Source: a virus
Lineage: Duplodnaviria; Caudoviricetes
IMG/VR virus record: IMGVR_UViG_3300033061_001070
Coordinates: 3,622 to 67,621 of that record
DNA: 64,000 bases
Strand: one strand, 5' to 3'
Below the pieces are notes generated by a model. The model worked only from the letters and a program-made list of their open reading frames with translations, ran no database searches and had not been told where the DNA came from. Of this stretch, positions 26,745 through 38,139 are shown one piece after another (position 1 is the first letter of the stretch; each line of letters begins with the position of its first letter). The position numbers and the translations under genes were made by a program.

Positions 26745-27785
26745 TTACCTTATTAGATGAATACAAACATAGTTTTGGGTAAGATTTGCATTTAGCGCAA
26801 GGTTTCCTCCACTAGCTTGATATTCTTCTATCTGAATATAGTCTCCTGTATTCAATTGAACATCACAACTCCCTTGTACTGCCATTTGTTGAGTTGTTGC
26901 GCCAGAGTTCATATCATCTCTACGACCTATAATCAAATATGCCGCAGCATTCTTATATATCTGTAATCGGGCTACTTCTCCCAATGCCCAAGCCGTAGTA
27001 GTAACATATATTATAGCCGCATCCACATGGTAATACCCCGTAATAGGAGCAGTAAACTTCCATGCTACTCCTACTGTAACTGTGCTATCTGTATCATATA
27101 CCTGATTGGGAAAGTTTACAAATGTACCAGTACCACTTGGATATGTAGATGTTCCCGTAGTCTGATACATAGCGGCAACCGCGCCGCCCCAACGCAACCT
27201 TGTTGCGGTTGATGGATCGGAAATTAATACTGTTCCAGTCGCTCCAACTGCCAGTCTTATTGCGGCATCTGCCCCTGTCCCTACCGCTAAATCTCCCTTG
27301 GCATCCCAAATAACGTCTGTAGCAACATTCCCACCAACTGTCCCTGTCCAGTCTACATAAGCAATTGACCCCGTGACGCGGACTACTAATCCATCCTGAA
27401 AGACTATCGCTGTGCCAGTAACCTTGAACACACTATTATCATAGATTAATAATGTATTTCCTCCCCCTCCTCCAGTACCCGCATCCCAAGTTAATAATCC
27501 TGCTCCATCATTATGAAGATAGCCAAGTGCATTTGCGGGGAATGAAGTGCCTGTCCAATCTATGTAGGCATATGAACCTGTAATATGAACCACCAAACCA
27601 TCTTGGAAAACTAAGGCAGTCCCCGTAACTTTGAATATGCTATCATCAAATACTAAGATTGTGTTCCCACCACCCCCACCTGCCGTACCCGCAATCCAAG
27701 ATATATTACCTGCACCATCATTATGCAAGTATCCTTCAACCCCTTCGTCTTTTACTGCATGAGAACCAATCTTTAGTATGGGCAT
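26745..27785 (-). CDS. Tail fibre/receptor-binding protein with tandem repeat and C1q-like C-terminus
   Basis: Two ~70-aa repeats beginning GYLHNDGAG; FTAPITGYYHV C1q-like segment. Confidence 0.7.
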   Translation of the reverse strand: MPILKIGSHAVKDEGVEGYLHNDGAGNISWIAGTAGGGGGNTILVFDDSIFKVTGTALVFQDGLVVHITGSYAYIDWTGTSFPANALGYLHNDGAGLLTWDAGTGGGGGNTLLIYDNSVFKVTGTAIVFQDGLVVRVTGSIAYVDWTGTVGGNVATDVIWDAKGDLAVGTGADAAIRLAVGATGTVLISDPSTATRLRWGGAVAAMYQTTGTSTYPSGTGTFVNFPNQVYDTDSTVTVGVAWKFTAPITGYYHVDAAIIYVTTTAWALGEVARLQIYKNAAAYLIIGRRDDMNSGATTQQMAVQGSCDVQLNTGDYIQIEEYQASGGNLALNANLTQNYVCIHLIR

Positions 27786-27794
27786 AGTAATACC

Positions 27795-30617
27795 TTAATT
27801 GATCTTATAAATAGAAATCCAATTATAAGATGTTCCTGTGCGTAATGTAAGTGCGCCTCCAGAGGTTTGATATATTGAAATCTGAAGATAATCAGTCGAG
27901 CCATTCAAATATACAGACGGAGTTCCTCCAACCAAATCCATAATCATAGATGTATTAGTATAGTTATCCTTTCTGGCTAATTGTACAAAGGTAGAGCCAT
28001 TTTTCCACAAATACATCCCCGCATACTCCCCCAAAGCCCAAGAGGTCGTGGCTACAAATGCCATTTTTGCTGAGACTGCATAATACCCAGGGGTCGCGGG
28101 TTGGAATTTCCAATCTGCTCCAGTAGCCACATAACTATGAGTATCATATATCAAATAATTGAAATCCAAAATGGTACTCGTAATATTGGGAATGGACATG
28201 CCATCTGTGGATTCATATTCTGCGATGATGACATTTGAAGTGCCTCCGCCGCCTCCTTGAGATGTAGGAACGCCCCAAATGGCAAAGTAAACTGATCCTG
28301 TAGGAGGACTGCCTAATAATTTATATGTACCAGAAGATGCATATTGCTCTTGATAATCTGTATCTTTAATTTGGGAGACCCCATTGATAAAGATAGATAG
28401 ACTTCCTGTGGCATATAATAGACTTGGAACTATCCAATAATCGCCCGTCAAAAGTGATGGGATACCCGCGAGTACATAAGTGGATGTACCTGTTAGGTTT
28501 AGACTAATGCAGGCGATGTCACCAGACATGGCAACATCTAGTCCACCTAAGAAATCCAGACCAGTTATGGCGGCATCTCTTAGTATGCCATCATCATATA
28601 CCGCAATATCACTTCCACCGCCCCCGCAAGTATCAATATCTGAACATCCAGATTGCAATATTAGATCAGTAAATCCTTGAATTACATTCCCACATGCCTT
28701 GACATGATTAATATTGGTTAATGAGATTGCTTCTGCCGCAGGAGAACCTCCATTAGAGCGGAATACGCAATCCCCAATAACCATATAATCTAAATCTCCA
28801 GATGTAGTAGCATTGGCTATTATTGCCCTTCCGCCCGTTGTATTATATAGAGATATTTGCAACCCATTAAGGATGATTTGATTATAGTTAGATGGTGCGG
28901 CGTTGGATTTAATATTAACTCCGGCGGTTGCTATGCCTTCAATGGAACTATTAGAAGCCAAGAGTACCGATGTCTGAACTCCCGTAGTTACATTAACATC
29001 AAGTCCATAAGTAAATCTATTATTTGCGCCACCATTAATTTTTACATTGTTTAACTTTAAGCCGCCACCAGATTCAAATCTAATTGCGGCATCTGCTTGG
29101 TTAGCAGAACCTACTATCATAAAGAATGAATTAACAATGCTTTGATTTCCGCCATTCGGCAAATCTACATGACGCAATTTAAGTCCATACTTAATGGGGT
29201 TATATAACCAGCATCCATTCATCTTCCAAGACCAGCCATCTTGGACATCTAAGTTTATATAAAATCCTTCAATATATACATTATCAAAGTTCATCAGGTC
29301 TCCACCTGATGTAATAGTAATACCCGCTCCAGCGGAAGGAGTTGTTCCTGCCGTATTTACCAGCATTATGTCCTTGAAAGAACTTCCATAGTCAGTTACA
29401 TCAAATAATTTATTGGTTGGAGAAGTACAAGTTACTTGGGATATGGCGGCGGCGGAATTATATTCCGTTGCCATTCCATCCCCCCTAACAGTTATTGGTT
29501 TGGCTAATGTGAAACTTCCAGATGTCTTATAGGTTCCGGCAGGGAAGTATAATACACCACCAATTGCAGGTATCGCCGCGATGGTATTAATGATTGCAAT
29601 TGTGTCATCGGTAGTACCATCACCAACTGCGCCATAATCCCGTACATCATACCAATGAAATCTTTGATAACTACCTGTACCTCCCGCAGTTGGTATATGC
29701 CAAGAAAATGCACCCGCTCCATCATTCTCTAAATAACCTGACCCATTTGGCAAACTTACCAACATCTTTGATGCATCAGCATAGATAACTGTATCGGGGG
29801 TTAGACCATTCAATGTTAAGGTATTAAGAATAGATGTGCCAGATGGATTTTGTCTACCTGAAAATAAAGGACGAATATCATAGAGTTGATCCCAATTGAT
29901 TTCTGCCATTCCTTGTGTAAGCAATACCGCGCCTACGGGGATACCTGCTGAATATGGAGGGATAGATATATAACTCATGTAATCAACTGGAAATGGAAAA
30001 TAGTTGAAGGATGAGCCAGTAATTCCTCTGATACTATTGGTATCTCCATCCAAATATAAGGTCATAAATCGGGCATCCCCAGGGATGGGAGGAAGTCCGC
30101 TTGATAAATCTACATATGATCCCAAGAAATGTTGGATATTTTCATCCCATACATACCAATCATCCTCAACATAAACAGTTGTTCCTGCATATGGATGAAC
30201 GAGCAAAGGCATAAATTGTCGTTTATATACCCAAACAATATCCCCACCGCTACTACCTGTTCCCTGTCCAAAGGAGTGTTGTCCACCATGAGGCCCAAGT
30301 TGAGCATATCCAGAACTTCCTCCCCAAAATTCATAGCGTCTTACATCTCTGCCTATAACTCTGTAATATCTTCCATCATGAACTAGAAGAACTGGTAATC
30401 CATATACCGCGTTTACGGTCTCATTGAAGGCTTTTACTACTTCAGATTGGTTGCCTCGAATGCGCGCATAAACAAATCCAGGGCGATTGGGAACTTTAAC
30501 CCTCTTAGTTCCACCAATATTCGCGCCTAAATTAGCGGGGATATGTTCAGGCTTATCTGCCTTGCCCCCGAAGGTTTCTTTTAGACGCTTCTTCAGGATT
30601 AGTTTATTTTTAGGCAT
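27795..30617 (-). CDS. Tail spike/depolymerase (pectate-lyase-3-like beta helix) with C1q-like C-terminus
   Basis: VRDYGAVGDGTTDDT..AI..GGVLYFPAGTY; FQPATPGYYAV. Confidence 0.8.
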   Translation of the reverse strand: MPKNKLILKKRLKETFGGKADKPEHIPANLGANIGGTKRVKVPNRPGFVYARIRGNQSEVVKAFNETVNAVYGLPVLLVHDGRYYRVIGRDVRRYEFWGGSSGYAQLGPHGGQHSFGQGTGSSGGDIVWVYKRQFMPLLVHPYAGTTVYVEDDWYVWDENIQHFLGSYVDLSSGLPPIPGDARFMTLYLDGDTNSIRGITGSSFNYFPFPVDYMSYISIPPYSAGIPVGAVLLTQGMAEINWDQLYDIRPLFSGRQNPSGTSILNTLTLNGLTPDTVIYADASKMLVSLPNGSGYLENDGAGAFSWHIPTAGGTGSYQRFHWYDVRDYGAVGDGTTDDTIAIINTIAAIPAIGGVLYFPAGTYKTSGSFTLAKPITVRGDGMATEYNSAAAISQVTCTSPTNKLFDVTDYGSSFKDIMLVNTAGTTPSAGAGITITSGGDLMNFDNVYIEGFYINLDVQDGWSWKMNGCWLYNPIKYGLKLRHVDLPNGGNQSIVNSFFMIVGSANQADAAIRFESGGGLKLNNVKINGGANNRFTYGLDVNVTTGVQTSVLLASNSSIEGIATAGVNIKSNAAPSNYNQIILNGLQISLYNTTGGRAIIANATTSGDLDYMVIGDCVFRSNGGSPAAEAISLTNINHVKACGNVIQGFTDLILQSGCSDIDTCGGGGSDIAVYDDGILRDAAITGLDFLGGLDVAMSGDIACISLNLTGTSTYVLAGIPSLLTGDYWIVPSLLYATGSLSIFINGVSQIKDTDYQEQYASSGTYKLLGSPPTGSVYFAIWGVPTSQGGGGGTSNVIIAEYESTDGMSIPNITSTILDFNYLIYDTHSYVATGADWKFQPATPGYYAVSAKMAFVATTSWALGEYAGMYLWKNGSTFVQLARKDNYTNTSMIMDLVGGTPSVYLNGSTDYLQISIYQTSGGALTLRTGTSYNWISIYKIN

Positions 30618-30623
30618 ATATCC

Positions 30624-33600
30624 TCATTTGAAGCATGGGAAAATAAATCCACCTTCATTGGTATTGCAATCATCTGCATATTTATTTGGCCCACAGCCAA
30701 ATATAGTATTCCAATTTCCAGATTTATTTAGCCAAGTAAGTCCTCCATCAATTGATGCTAAAATACTTCCAAGATAAGGGCTTAGACTTGTAGTACCCGC
30801 CATAACAAATAATATTTTCTCATTATAAGGATGCATTACTAATCCTCTTAACATGCAGGAGGTTGTAGCATTTGTCCAATTATATTTATGCGCCCAACTA
30901 TTTCCTCCATCCATCGAAGTAAAGATAGACATATCCCGGTTGTAATTGGAATCTCCTCTATAGGCTAATAGGGCGATTGTATTTGCGCCAGTAACTCCCA
31001 TTGACATTCCACAGGCATGAGCATAGATAGTGTCCTCAATCCCTCCATAAGGATGCCCATTATATGAAGGAGAAACATTTGTGGGAGGGGTAACAAATCC
31101 ATCATCAGAACGAAATACAAAATTGGTGTTATGTGGATAAGTTCCTGTCCATCCTATTACATAAACCATTTGGTCAAGCAGTAAGCCGCATCTAGGTAGA
31201 AATAGGGCATTGTCTGTATAATACCCGCAGGAACTTGACCAAGGAACTGACCAACTTCCTCCATTGCTATAAGATACAGCTAAGTCCCCCATCCCCATAC
31301 ATGCATATATCAAATTAGACCCTATTTCTCCACAAGCAAATCCTACTCCTTTATGGAAACGATTTCCCGCTGTTGCGACTGTTATTTCTGCCCATGTCCA
31401 AGTAGGAGACAATGCGACATTACTTAATAAGAATAACTTATTATCTCCAAAAAATAGAACATAAACAGTAGTCAATGGCGCGGCTCTACTTACTATCATC
31501 CTTAAGAAATAAGATACACTAGGAGAACCAACTAATGCAATTGCTTGGGCTTTACTCAATAGGGGCATAGCTATAACATTAGTTCCCGATGCCGCATTTA
31601 GACCAGAAAGATACCAAATACCATAATCACTCATCCAATATCCAGAGGAATAATTTGCATCCAATGGATTTAGGACAAATTCTATACAACCTGCTCCAGC
31701 ATATCCTCCTACTGTCCCACTCACATTGGAGGGCAACATATTTGTCCAAGTTGGGGAGATGCTGGTAAAGTTGGCAGTCTTTCCTAATGCCCATCCATAA
31801 AGTTCTGGAACAGCCGAGATTAGTTTATTTCCCGCCACAAACACCGTGTCAGGCAGACCAGTATTGATGATGATAGGAGGAGTAATGATAGAACCCGTGA
31901 TAATTGGGATTTTGGGGATGTCTACCGGCTCTGGAGTTTCAGGAGCGACTGGCGGAATGATTATTGTAGTCCCTGGAAACCCTTGAGTAACCTCATGCAG
32001 AACCATAGATGGAGAGAAGAAGGATTTATCAGGTTGATATGTCCAATTCATATCCGTGATATGAAATGCTTTATCTGTCCAGATTAAGTTGCGAGGCGTA
32101 TCTGTATAATCCACATTCAAGAGGAGAAGTTGTTGGGGCGCAATATCAAGGTTGCGATAGTTTCCTGTAATATCCATTGCAACTGTTGGATATTTTGCAT
32201 TCATATATGCATAAAGATTACCACATAGAGCATTCAATTGAACTTGGTCAGATAATGCTAGCCCTTCATGGGCTTCGAGGCTTCCTTCAAAGGATGGCAC
32301 ATCCCCAGGCGCACAGGATAATAATGGAATAGAACCTGATGTGCCACTCATCGCAAATCCGCCGCATTCGAGATAGGAAACTGGAGCAACTGTCCTCTCG
32401 TCTATCGAGATATTATTCATCCAATCCCAACGGTTCATATACATATTTATGGGATATGTGCCAGTAACATTATCTAATCTATCCAACCCAACCTCTAGCC
32501 ATATCTTGCTCTGCCTATCTGCAACAGACTTGCCGAGGTATGCGCCCTCCATGAAGTTATAGATTGCATTATGCAAGGAATCTCTATCGGGACTGAAGTA
32601 TTGTATCTTCTGGTCTGTGCCTACCCATTCTACATCAGAGCAATATAGGACAGTTGAATGCCATTTCCAATAATGATATGCAGAACGTTTACCATCTAAA
32701 TCTACAAGTTCTCCCCAATTGTCGGGACTGGTCTTGCTCTCAACATCTAATCCAACCCCCGACCTGTTCTTCATTATCTCGGTAATACTTCCCACATCAA
32801 AACTAATTGAACCTTCTTGCCAATTGTATTCAATTGAACCGTCCAGAATATAGCCAACAAAGACAATGCTTTCTCGTCCTTGGGAACTACCGCCTATATG
32901 CTGTTGGCTCGCAGAATTTCCATACCAATCATCTGCGAAGATAACTACCAAAGCATTCTCTCGGATTATGCCTTCAGGAACATTCTGGCGGATTTTTATT
33001 GTGGAAGTATAACCTCCTTGGTCACGCGCACCAGATAAATCAGACATCTCCCAATTCAATATTGGATTGTTTGAACCGTCCTCTGGTCTATCATATATAG
33101 ATATATGTCTATATGATGTGTCAAAGATGCTTGTTCCTGTTACGGTAACGATTAAGCAAGTTGTATAGTGACCAGAGACAGAATAACCAACATAGCCAGG
33201 AGTACGATCATAAGACCCTGTTGGGTCTCCGCCCTCGAAGAACCATTCATAGGATATGCCTTGTCCCTTGAGATTATATGTGCCAGAAGCAGAATAATAA
33301 ACTTGTACCTCATTGGGTACTGGAGCAGTAAAGGAGAAGTCATCAATGTGGGATGTCATTGTCCCGACAGCAAGGATGGAATGGGAAACTTCTATCGTGG
33401 CAGTCACCGCCCCTGCTGGAGCAGTTTGGGTCTCTGAGATATGAATCCAGCCACTTGTTGCTTGAGGTATATTGTATGTATCCGAACTAATTAATGCGCT
33501 ACCTATATCATACCAATTAACTTTGGCTTGATAAGTTACACCACCAGTAAGACTGTCATTATAAATCCATAAGGATAATTGATAAGATATTCCAGCAACA

Positions 33601-34295
33601 ACATTTACCGGATCACTAAGTAAAGTTGCCCACTTATCAGCAAATGCATCTCCAAAGGAATACATAAGGACGGAACAACTTCCAGCATGACCAAATGCAG
33701 GGTCTCGTACACATAGACTATCTGCCCCACAAGTAAGCGTCCAGTTAACAGTATCTGTCTCAAAGGATGTATTGAGCAATAATTCTGGTACTGCAACATA
33801 CTCTCTGAACCCTGCATAGTGGCATCCCATATTAATGAAAGAGCCTAAGTCGGAGTTCTGGCTAGTATATGGGACATCATAATCTTTATAGATAATAAGC
33901 GCGGCATTGTCATCTCCAGGCACAGATGCAACTAATGTTGGAAGCATTCCCCAGGGTTCAAAATATTTTACAATGGTAAGATAATCATCATCTTTCCAAT
34001 CTATATGGGTACTCTCAGCCACAATCAATTCATTAGATGCTGTCCCACTTCGTATCCTGATTTTGCCTTTATCTGCCGCGCCTGCGGAAGTCCCTACATA
34101 CATAGTCTCACCATTCCAAATATCCTCGACTGCACCACTTGACACGGTGTCGAATGGAACATGGACTGTATTGGCACTTGAACCTGTAACTCGACAAGCA
34201 AGAACTGTTGGTGGTTGGTATATAGAAAGCCAGAGTTTAGTCGTATGTGGGCGACTATGGAGGGCAGTAAGTTCGGAAGCGGTAGGAATACTCAT
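30624..34295 (-). CDS. Large tail tip/baseplate protein with CBM-like insert and Asp-box propeller
   Basis: 1223 aa; LLLNTSFE CBM4/9-like start; SxDGGxxW repeats in the C-terminus; position after the distal tail gene. Confidence 0.7.
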   Translation of the reverse strand: MSIPTASELTALHSRPHTTKLWLSIYQPPTVLACRVTGSSANTVHVPFDTVSSGAVEDIWNGETMYVGTSAGAADKGKIRIRSGTASNELIVAESTHIDWKDDDYLTIVKYFEPWGMLPTLVASVPGDDNAALIIYKDYDVPYTSQNSDLGSFINMGCHYAGFREYVAVPELLLNTSFETDTVNWTLTCGADSLCVRDPAFGHAGSCSVLMYSFGDAFADKWATLLSDPVNVVAGISYQLSLWIYNDSLTGGVTYQAKVNWYDIGSALISSDTYNIPQATSGWIHISETQTAPAGAVTATIEVSHSILAVGTMTSHIDDFSFTAPVPNEVQVYYSASGTYNLKGQGISYEWFFEGGDPTGSYDRTPGYVGYSVSGHYTTCLIVTVTGTSIFDTSYRHISIYDRPEDGSNNPILNWEMSDLSGARDQGGYTSTIKIRQNVPEGIIRENALVVIFADDWYGNSASQQHIGGSSQGRESIVFVGYILDGSIEYNWQEGSISFDVGSITEIMKNRSGVGLDVESKTSPDNWGELVDLDGKRSAYHYWKWHSTVLYCSDVEWVGTDQKIQYFSPDRDSLHNAIYNFMEGAYLGKSVADRQSKIWLEVGLDRLDNVTGTYPINMYMNRWDWMNNISIDERTVAPVSYLECGGFAMSGTSGSIPLLSCAPGDVPSFEGSLEAHEGLALSDQVQLNALCGNLYAYMNAKYPTVAMDITGNYRNLDIAPQQLLLLNVDYTDTPRNLIWTDKAFHITDMNWTYQPDKSFFSPSMVLHEVTQGFPGTTIIIPPVAPETPEPVDIPKIPIITGSIITPPIIINTGLPDTVFVAGNKLISAVPELYGWALGKTANFTSISPTWTNMLPSNVSGTVGGYAGAGCIEFVLNPLDANYSSGYWMSDYGIWYLSGLNAASGTNVIAMPLLSKAQAIALVGSPSVSYFLRMIVSRAAPLTTVYVLFFGDNKLFLLSNVALSPTWTWAEITVATAGNRFHKGVGFACGEIGSNLIYACMGMGDLAVSYSNGGSWSVPWSSSCGYYTDNALFLPRCGLLLDQMVYVIGWTGTYPHNTNFVFRSDDGFVTPPTNVSPSYNGHPYGGIEDTIYAHACGMSMGVTGANTIALLAYRGDSNYNRDMSIFTSMDGGNSWAHKYNWTNATTSCMLRGLVMHPYNEKILFVMAGTTSLSPYLGSILASIDGGLTWLNKSGNWNTIFGCGPNKYADDCNTNEGGFIFPCFK

Positions 34296-34837
34296 AATCT
34301 ATCATATAGGAACATTAATAAAGATTTTTTATTTTTACTTCCGTTGCATGACCGACATGCAGGAACAATATTTGATATATCATGAAATCCGCCTTGTGAT
34401 AATGGAACAATATGATCTATTTCTAATTTAGTTTTCCTTCCACAATAGACACATCTATTAATATATTCATCACATATTTGTTTCCATTGTATCAAAGTAA
34501 TTCCCTTTCCCAAGGCAGAATATTTTAATGCTTCATGTTTTCTTGTTCTAATACGCGCACTTTCTTTAGCCCTTTCTGGATATTTTGTTCTCCATTTTTC
34601 CCATCGTTTTGGATATTTTTTATTTATTTCTTTTTTATGTTCCGCATAATATGCTCTAGTGGTTGCCTTAATTTGTTCTGCATGTTCTGCATAATGTCTT
34701 TTACGCCAAGATTTAAGATATTCTTTTCGTTCTTCTTTAACTTCTATTGCTTTGATCTTATCAGGGTTCAATGCCCTCCATTTTCTCATATATTCAGTAT
34801 GTTTTCTACGTTTCTCTTTCAATTGAGTCTCATTCAT
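34292..34837 (-). CDS. HNH endonuclease
   Basis: CVYCG..EIDHIVPLSQGG..NIVPACRSCNGSK. Confidence 0.9.
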   Translation of the reverse strand: MNETQLKEKRRKHTEYMRKWRALNPDKIKAIEVKEERKEYLKSWRKRHYAEHAEQIKATTRAYYAEHKKEINKKYPKRWEKWRTKYPERAKESARIRTRKHEALKYSALGKGITLIQWKQICDEYINRCVYCGRKTKLEIDHIVPLSQGGFHDISNIVPACRSCNGSKNKKSLLMFLYDRL

Positions 34838-34852
34838 ATTATTTATTCCTCT

Positions 34853-35215
34853 TTAAGTGCGTATACCTGTAATAAGTAAAGTACAATCTGTATAGTGTTC
34901 TGTAAAATAAGTAGACCATTCTGGTTCTTGCAGAACACAACCAGTATAAGCAAAGAAATGATAAGTATCAGAGGAGTTCAAGGGGAAATGAGGCAAGGTA
35001 ACAACAACTGTACCTGTATTTTGAATAGATAAGAAGAAGTTTTCTAATTGTCCGGCATCACTAGGGTCTTGCAGATTGAATTTCATTTCAAATTCGCGCA
35101 CGGCGGGATAGATAGGATGACCTGCGCCATCTATTCCCAAAGTAGCGCGTGGTATCCATCTTCCTGTAGTTGGTTGCATTGCCAAAAGAGTATTGTTAAT
35201 ATAATATCCGCTCAT
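34853..35215 (-). CDS. Putative distal tail protein
   Basis: 120 aa immediately downstream of the tape measure gene. Confidence 0.55.
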   Translation of the reverse strand: MSGYYINNTLLAMQPTTGRWIPRATLGIDGAGHPIYPAVREFEMKFNLQDPSDAGQLENFFLSIQNTGTVVVTLPHFPLNSSDTYHFFAYTGCVLQEPEWSTYFTEHYTDCTLLITGIRT

Positions 35216-38139
35216 TTTGACCTCTGAATGGAGAGAACCACATCAGCCATTTCGCCTAAAGTATTATCTATAATTCTAGCCTCAAGGTCAGGAGATAAGA
35301 GCATCTCAATCGCTATCCTACCCCCTATTTGTCCTGCTTTATTAGCGGGAGTAAAGGTTGCATATTCCGCTCCACGTTCTCCAAATATAGCCGCAGTCGG
35401 TCTAGTTGCTAATAATGTCCCTCCGCTCGCCATTCCAGGTATCGTATGACCTCCAATAGATTGTGGAACTGTTATGCCTGACCAAGTTGCGGCGGCTTGA
35501 GCAGCTAGAAAATTATAATAATCTGTCCATAATTGTCTCATTACTCCATCACTACCTATAAACCCCTTCAAAATTCCATAAAGCCATGTCAAATCTGTAG
35601 CAAAGATTTTTCCATAGTCTCTCATTCTCCTAGACATTAAATTTATCTGGTCATTCCACCACTTTTGTTCGTCTTTATATGCTCTATCTCGTGCTAACTT
35701 AGCTTGGTCATGTTCTCGTTTTAGCCATAGTTCTCTATCTTCATATTCTCTTTTCCTCCATAAATTTAATGTCTCTAATTCGCGTTGATAATTTAGATTT
35801 ATTTCTGCAAGTTGTTGGTTTAGGGTTCTCTTTAATTCGGCTAATCTAATCTTACGTTGGCGTTCAATATCCGCAAGTTCCCATTGTAATGCTTTTTTAC
35901 GTTCTGCTTCTGCATCTTTAGCATCTTCAATTGTGCGTCCTCGTTGCACATTATAGGAACGAATTAGGCGCATTGCCTGTTTAGCATCCCGTTCACGAAT
36001 TGCATCTTCCAAATTCATCAGCAAATCTTCGCGCAAACGGCGTAACTCTTTGGCTAAATCTTTCTCTGCCTGTAATTGCCCCTCTCGATATTTTCGATTT
36101 GCATCTTCTATATCTTGATTGGCCTTACGATTAACATCTGCTATATCTTGATAATATTTACGCCAAGCATCTTGAATATCCTTTTGTTTATTTATTTCTA
36201 TATCAATCATCCGCTGTGCATATTCTCTCTCAATATCCTCTGCTTTTTGATTATATTGAGTTTGAATATTCAGCATTTCCTCATCATATCGGCTTTGTAT
36301 AGCTAATAATTTCTCATCTCTTTGTGTAGTTATATCCTTCCACATAGTATTAAGTTCATCAGCAAGCGCTAGTAAAGGTTCTCTCCTTGCTTCTATACCT
36401 TTCCATGCTTCAGCAAATGGATCAGCATAAGGTTTGATATTCCCCAATCCCTCATCTACTATCAAACCTATATCCTTCATATATTGTCTTAATTCGGCTA
36501 ATTTTCTCTCTTTTTCCATTGGATCGAGACCTGGAGTTGGAATATATCCTGGAGTTAACTTAAAATACCAAGCAGGTTCTTTTTCTATTAATCCTAATTC
36601 ATAAGCTTTGTTCAAGGCCATTGATCTCAAGATCGTTTCATATATCTTATTTATTTCTTCAAGTACTCCTGCCCACGCCTCTTTTAGAGCTACTACTACA
36701 GGTAAAGATTTCTTTCCTAATGCTGCGGTTTGGTCTATTATTGATGCTGTAGCCTTATCCATACGTCCTGGGAGTGTGGTCTGATAATAGACTAAATCCT
36801 CCGCATATTTAGCGGTCTTTGCAATAATTAGATTATAAGTAGCTAAGGCACGTTGTTGTTCTGTCAGGGACATGTAGTTTCGTCCCCAACCCAACCGTTG
36901 TGCCTCTAAAGCGATAGTGGTTCGGTTGATGGATACGCCTAAACGCTGTAGACCTTCGGTATATCCAGATGAAAGTGCTAGTGCTACAGTTCTCTGTACC
37001 TCATCCATTGCTCGACCATTGACAACTGCAAGGGTAGCAATGGCATCCTGCATACCTAGAATTTGTTTTGAAGTAAGACCAAAATCTCGAATTAAGTTAA
37101 TGAGTGCGGCAGAGCCTTGAATAAGTTCTTTGCGAGAGAATATACCAAACTTCTCTTTTAGTTTATCAATATTCTCATATAAATCTTTGATAGTTATATC
37201 CCCACCTGCACGCTGTAAGGCACGAACACCAATTGAGACTTGAAATATTCCTTTGGCTAATTCATAGGCAGATTGGGAGGCATCTTTGAAGAATTGAAGT
37301 CCTAAGCGAAGAAGTTGGACTATACTATAGACACCAAATAGGGAGGTCATAACTACTTTGGCAATATTTCCAATCTGACCTAAATTTAGACCGAAGAGTT
37401 TGAAACCTTCGGAGGTCTTTTTGGTTTCATCTCCAAGCAACTTCATGGCATTATTAACTGTATTGATTGGAGTTCCCGTCTGAACCATTTGAGTTGCTAC
37501 TTGAGCATAAGATTGTCCTGTCGCTTCGGCAGTAGATTTAATTTGTGTTGCTAAATTTGTAAGGATTGCACCTTGTTGTTTAGCGGCATCCGTCATAACT
37601 ACATTACCATTTTTATATGATGCGAGATATTCCTTTTGTGCCGCCTCTATCCCTTTTATATTGGCAATTTCACTCGCTGATCTTTCTTTTGATGCCTGAG
37701 TTGCGAGGACATTCGTATCTAAAAGAGTTTTTCCTATTTCCCCATAAGCCCGTTTAACTTCTGCTGCATAGGAAGATAAGGCGTCTTTATCATCTTTAAT
37801 ATATTGTTTTCTTAAATCACTTTCCATTTTGGCTTGCTTTGTGCTAACCCCCATCCCAATATCGCCCGCTACATCTTTATATTTTTGACTTGCTTTTAGT
37901 TGTTCTAGAGCAGCATCGAATTTTCCGCCCGCTCCAAATGTAGTGGCTTTAAGTTCTTCTGCTTTAAGATTAATTAATCCTTGTGCTACATCCTTAAAGG
38001 TTATCTTAGCCTGTCGCCCATAATCTAATATCTCCTCGGTCATTTTCTTCGTTGCCTCGCGGACGCGTATCATTTCTTGAATTTCCTGACTAGCATCTGC
38101 AATAAGACGGAAACGAAGTTCTTGGTCTGCTTCACCCAT
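35212..38139 (-). CDS. Tape measure protein
   Basis: 975 aa, helical/coiled-coil, Ala/Lys-rich; position in the tail module. Confidence 0.85.
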   Translation of the reverse strand: MGEADQELRFRLIADASQEIQEMIRVREATKKMTEEILDYGRQAKITFKDVAQGLINLKAEELKATTFGAGGKFDAALEQLKASQKYKDVAGDIGMGVSTKQAKMESDLRKQYIKDDKDALSSYAAEVKRAYGEIGKTLLDTNVLATQASKERSASEIANIKGIEAAQKEYLASYKNGNVVMTDAAKQQGAILTNLATQIKSTAEATGQSYAQVATQMVQTGTPINTVNNAMKLLGDETKKTSEGFKLFGLNLGQIGNIAKVVMTSLFGVYSIVQLLRLGLQFFKDASQSAYELAKGIFQVSIGVRALQRAGGDITIKDLYENIDKLKEKFGIFSRKELIQGSAALINLIRDFGLTSKQILGMQDAIATLAVVNGRAMDEVQRTVALALSSGYTEGLQRLGVSINRTTIALEAQRLGWGRNYMSLTEQQRALATYNLIIAKTAKYAEDLVYYQTTLPGRMDKATASIIDQTAALGKKSLPVVVALKEAWAGVLEEINKIYETILRSMALNKAYELGLIEKEPAWYFKLTPGYIPTPGLDPMEKERKLAELRQYMKDIGLIVDEGLGNIKPYADPFAEAWKGIEARREPLLALADELNTMWKDITTQRDEKLLAIQSRYDEEMLNIQTQYNQKAEDIEREYAQRMIDIEINKQKDIQDAWRKYYQDIADVNRKANQDIEDANRKYREGQLQAEKDLAKELRRLREDLLMNLEDAIRERDAKQAMRLIRSYNVQRGRTIEDAKDAEAERKKALQWELADIERQRKIRLAELKRTLNQQLAEINLNYQRELETLNLWRKREYEDRELWLKREHDQAKLARDRAYKDEQKWWNDQINLMSRRMRDYGKIFATDLTWLYGILKGFIGSDGVMRQLWTDYYNFLAAQAAATWSGITVPQSIGGHTIPGMASGGTLLATRPTAAIFGERGAEYATFTPANKAGQIGGRIAIEMLLSPDLEARIIDNTLGEMADVVLSIQRSK

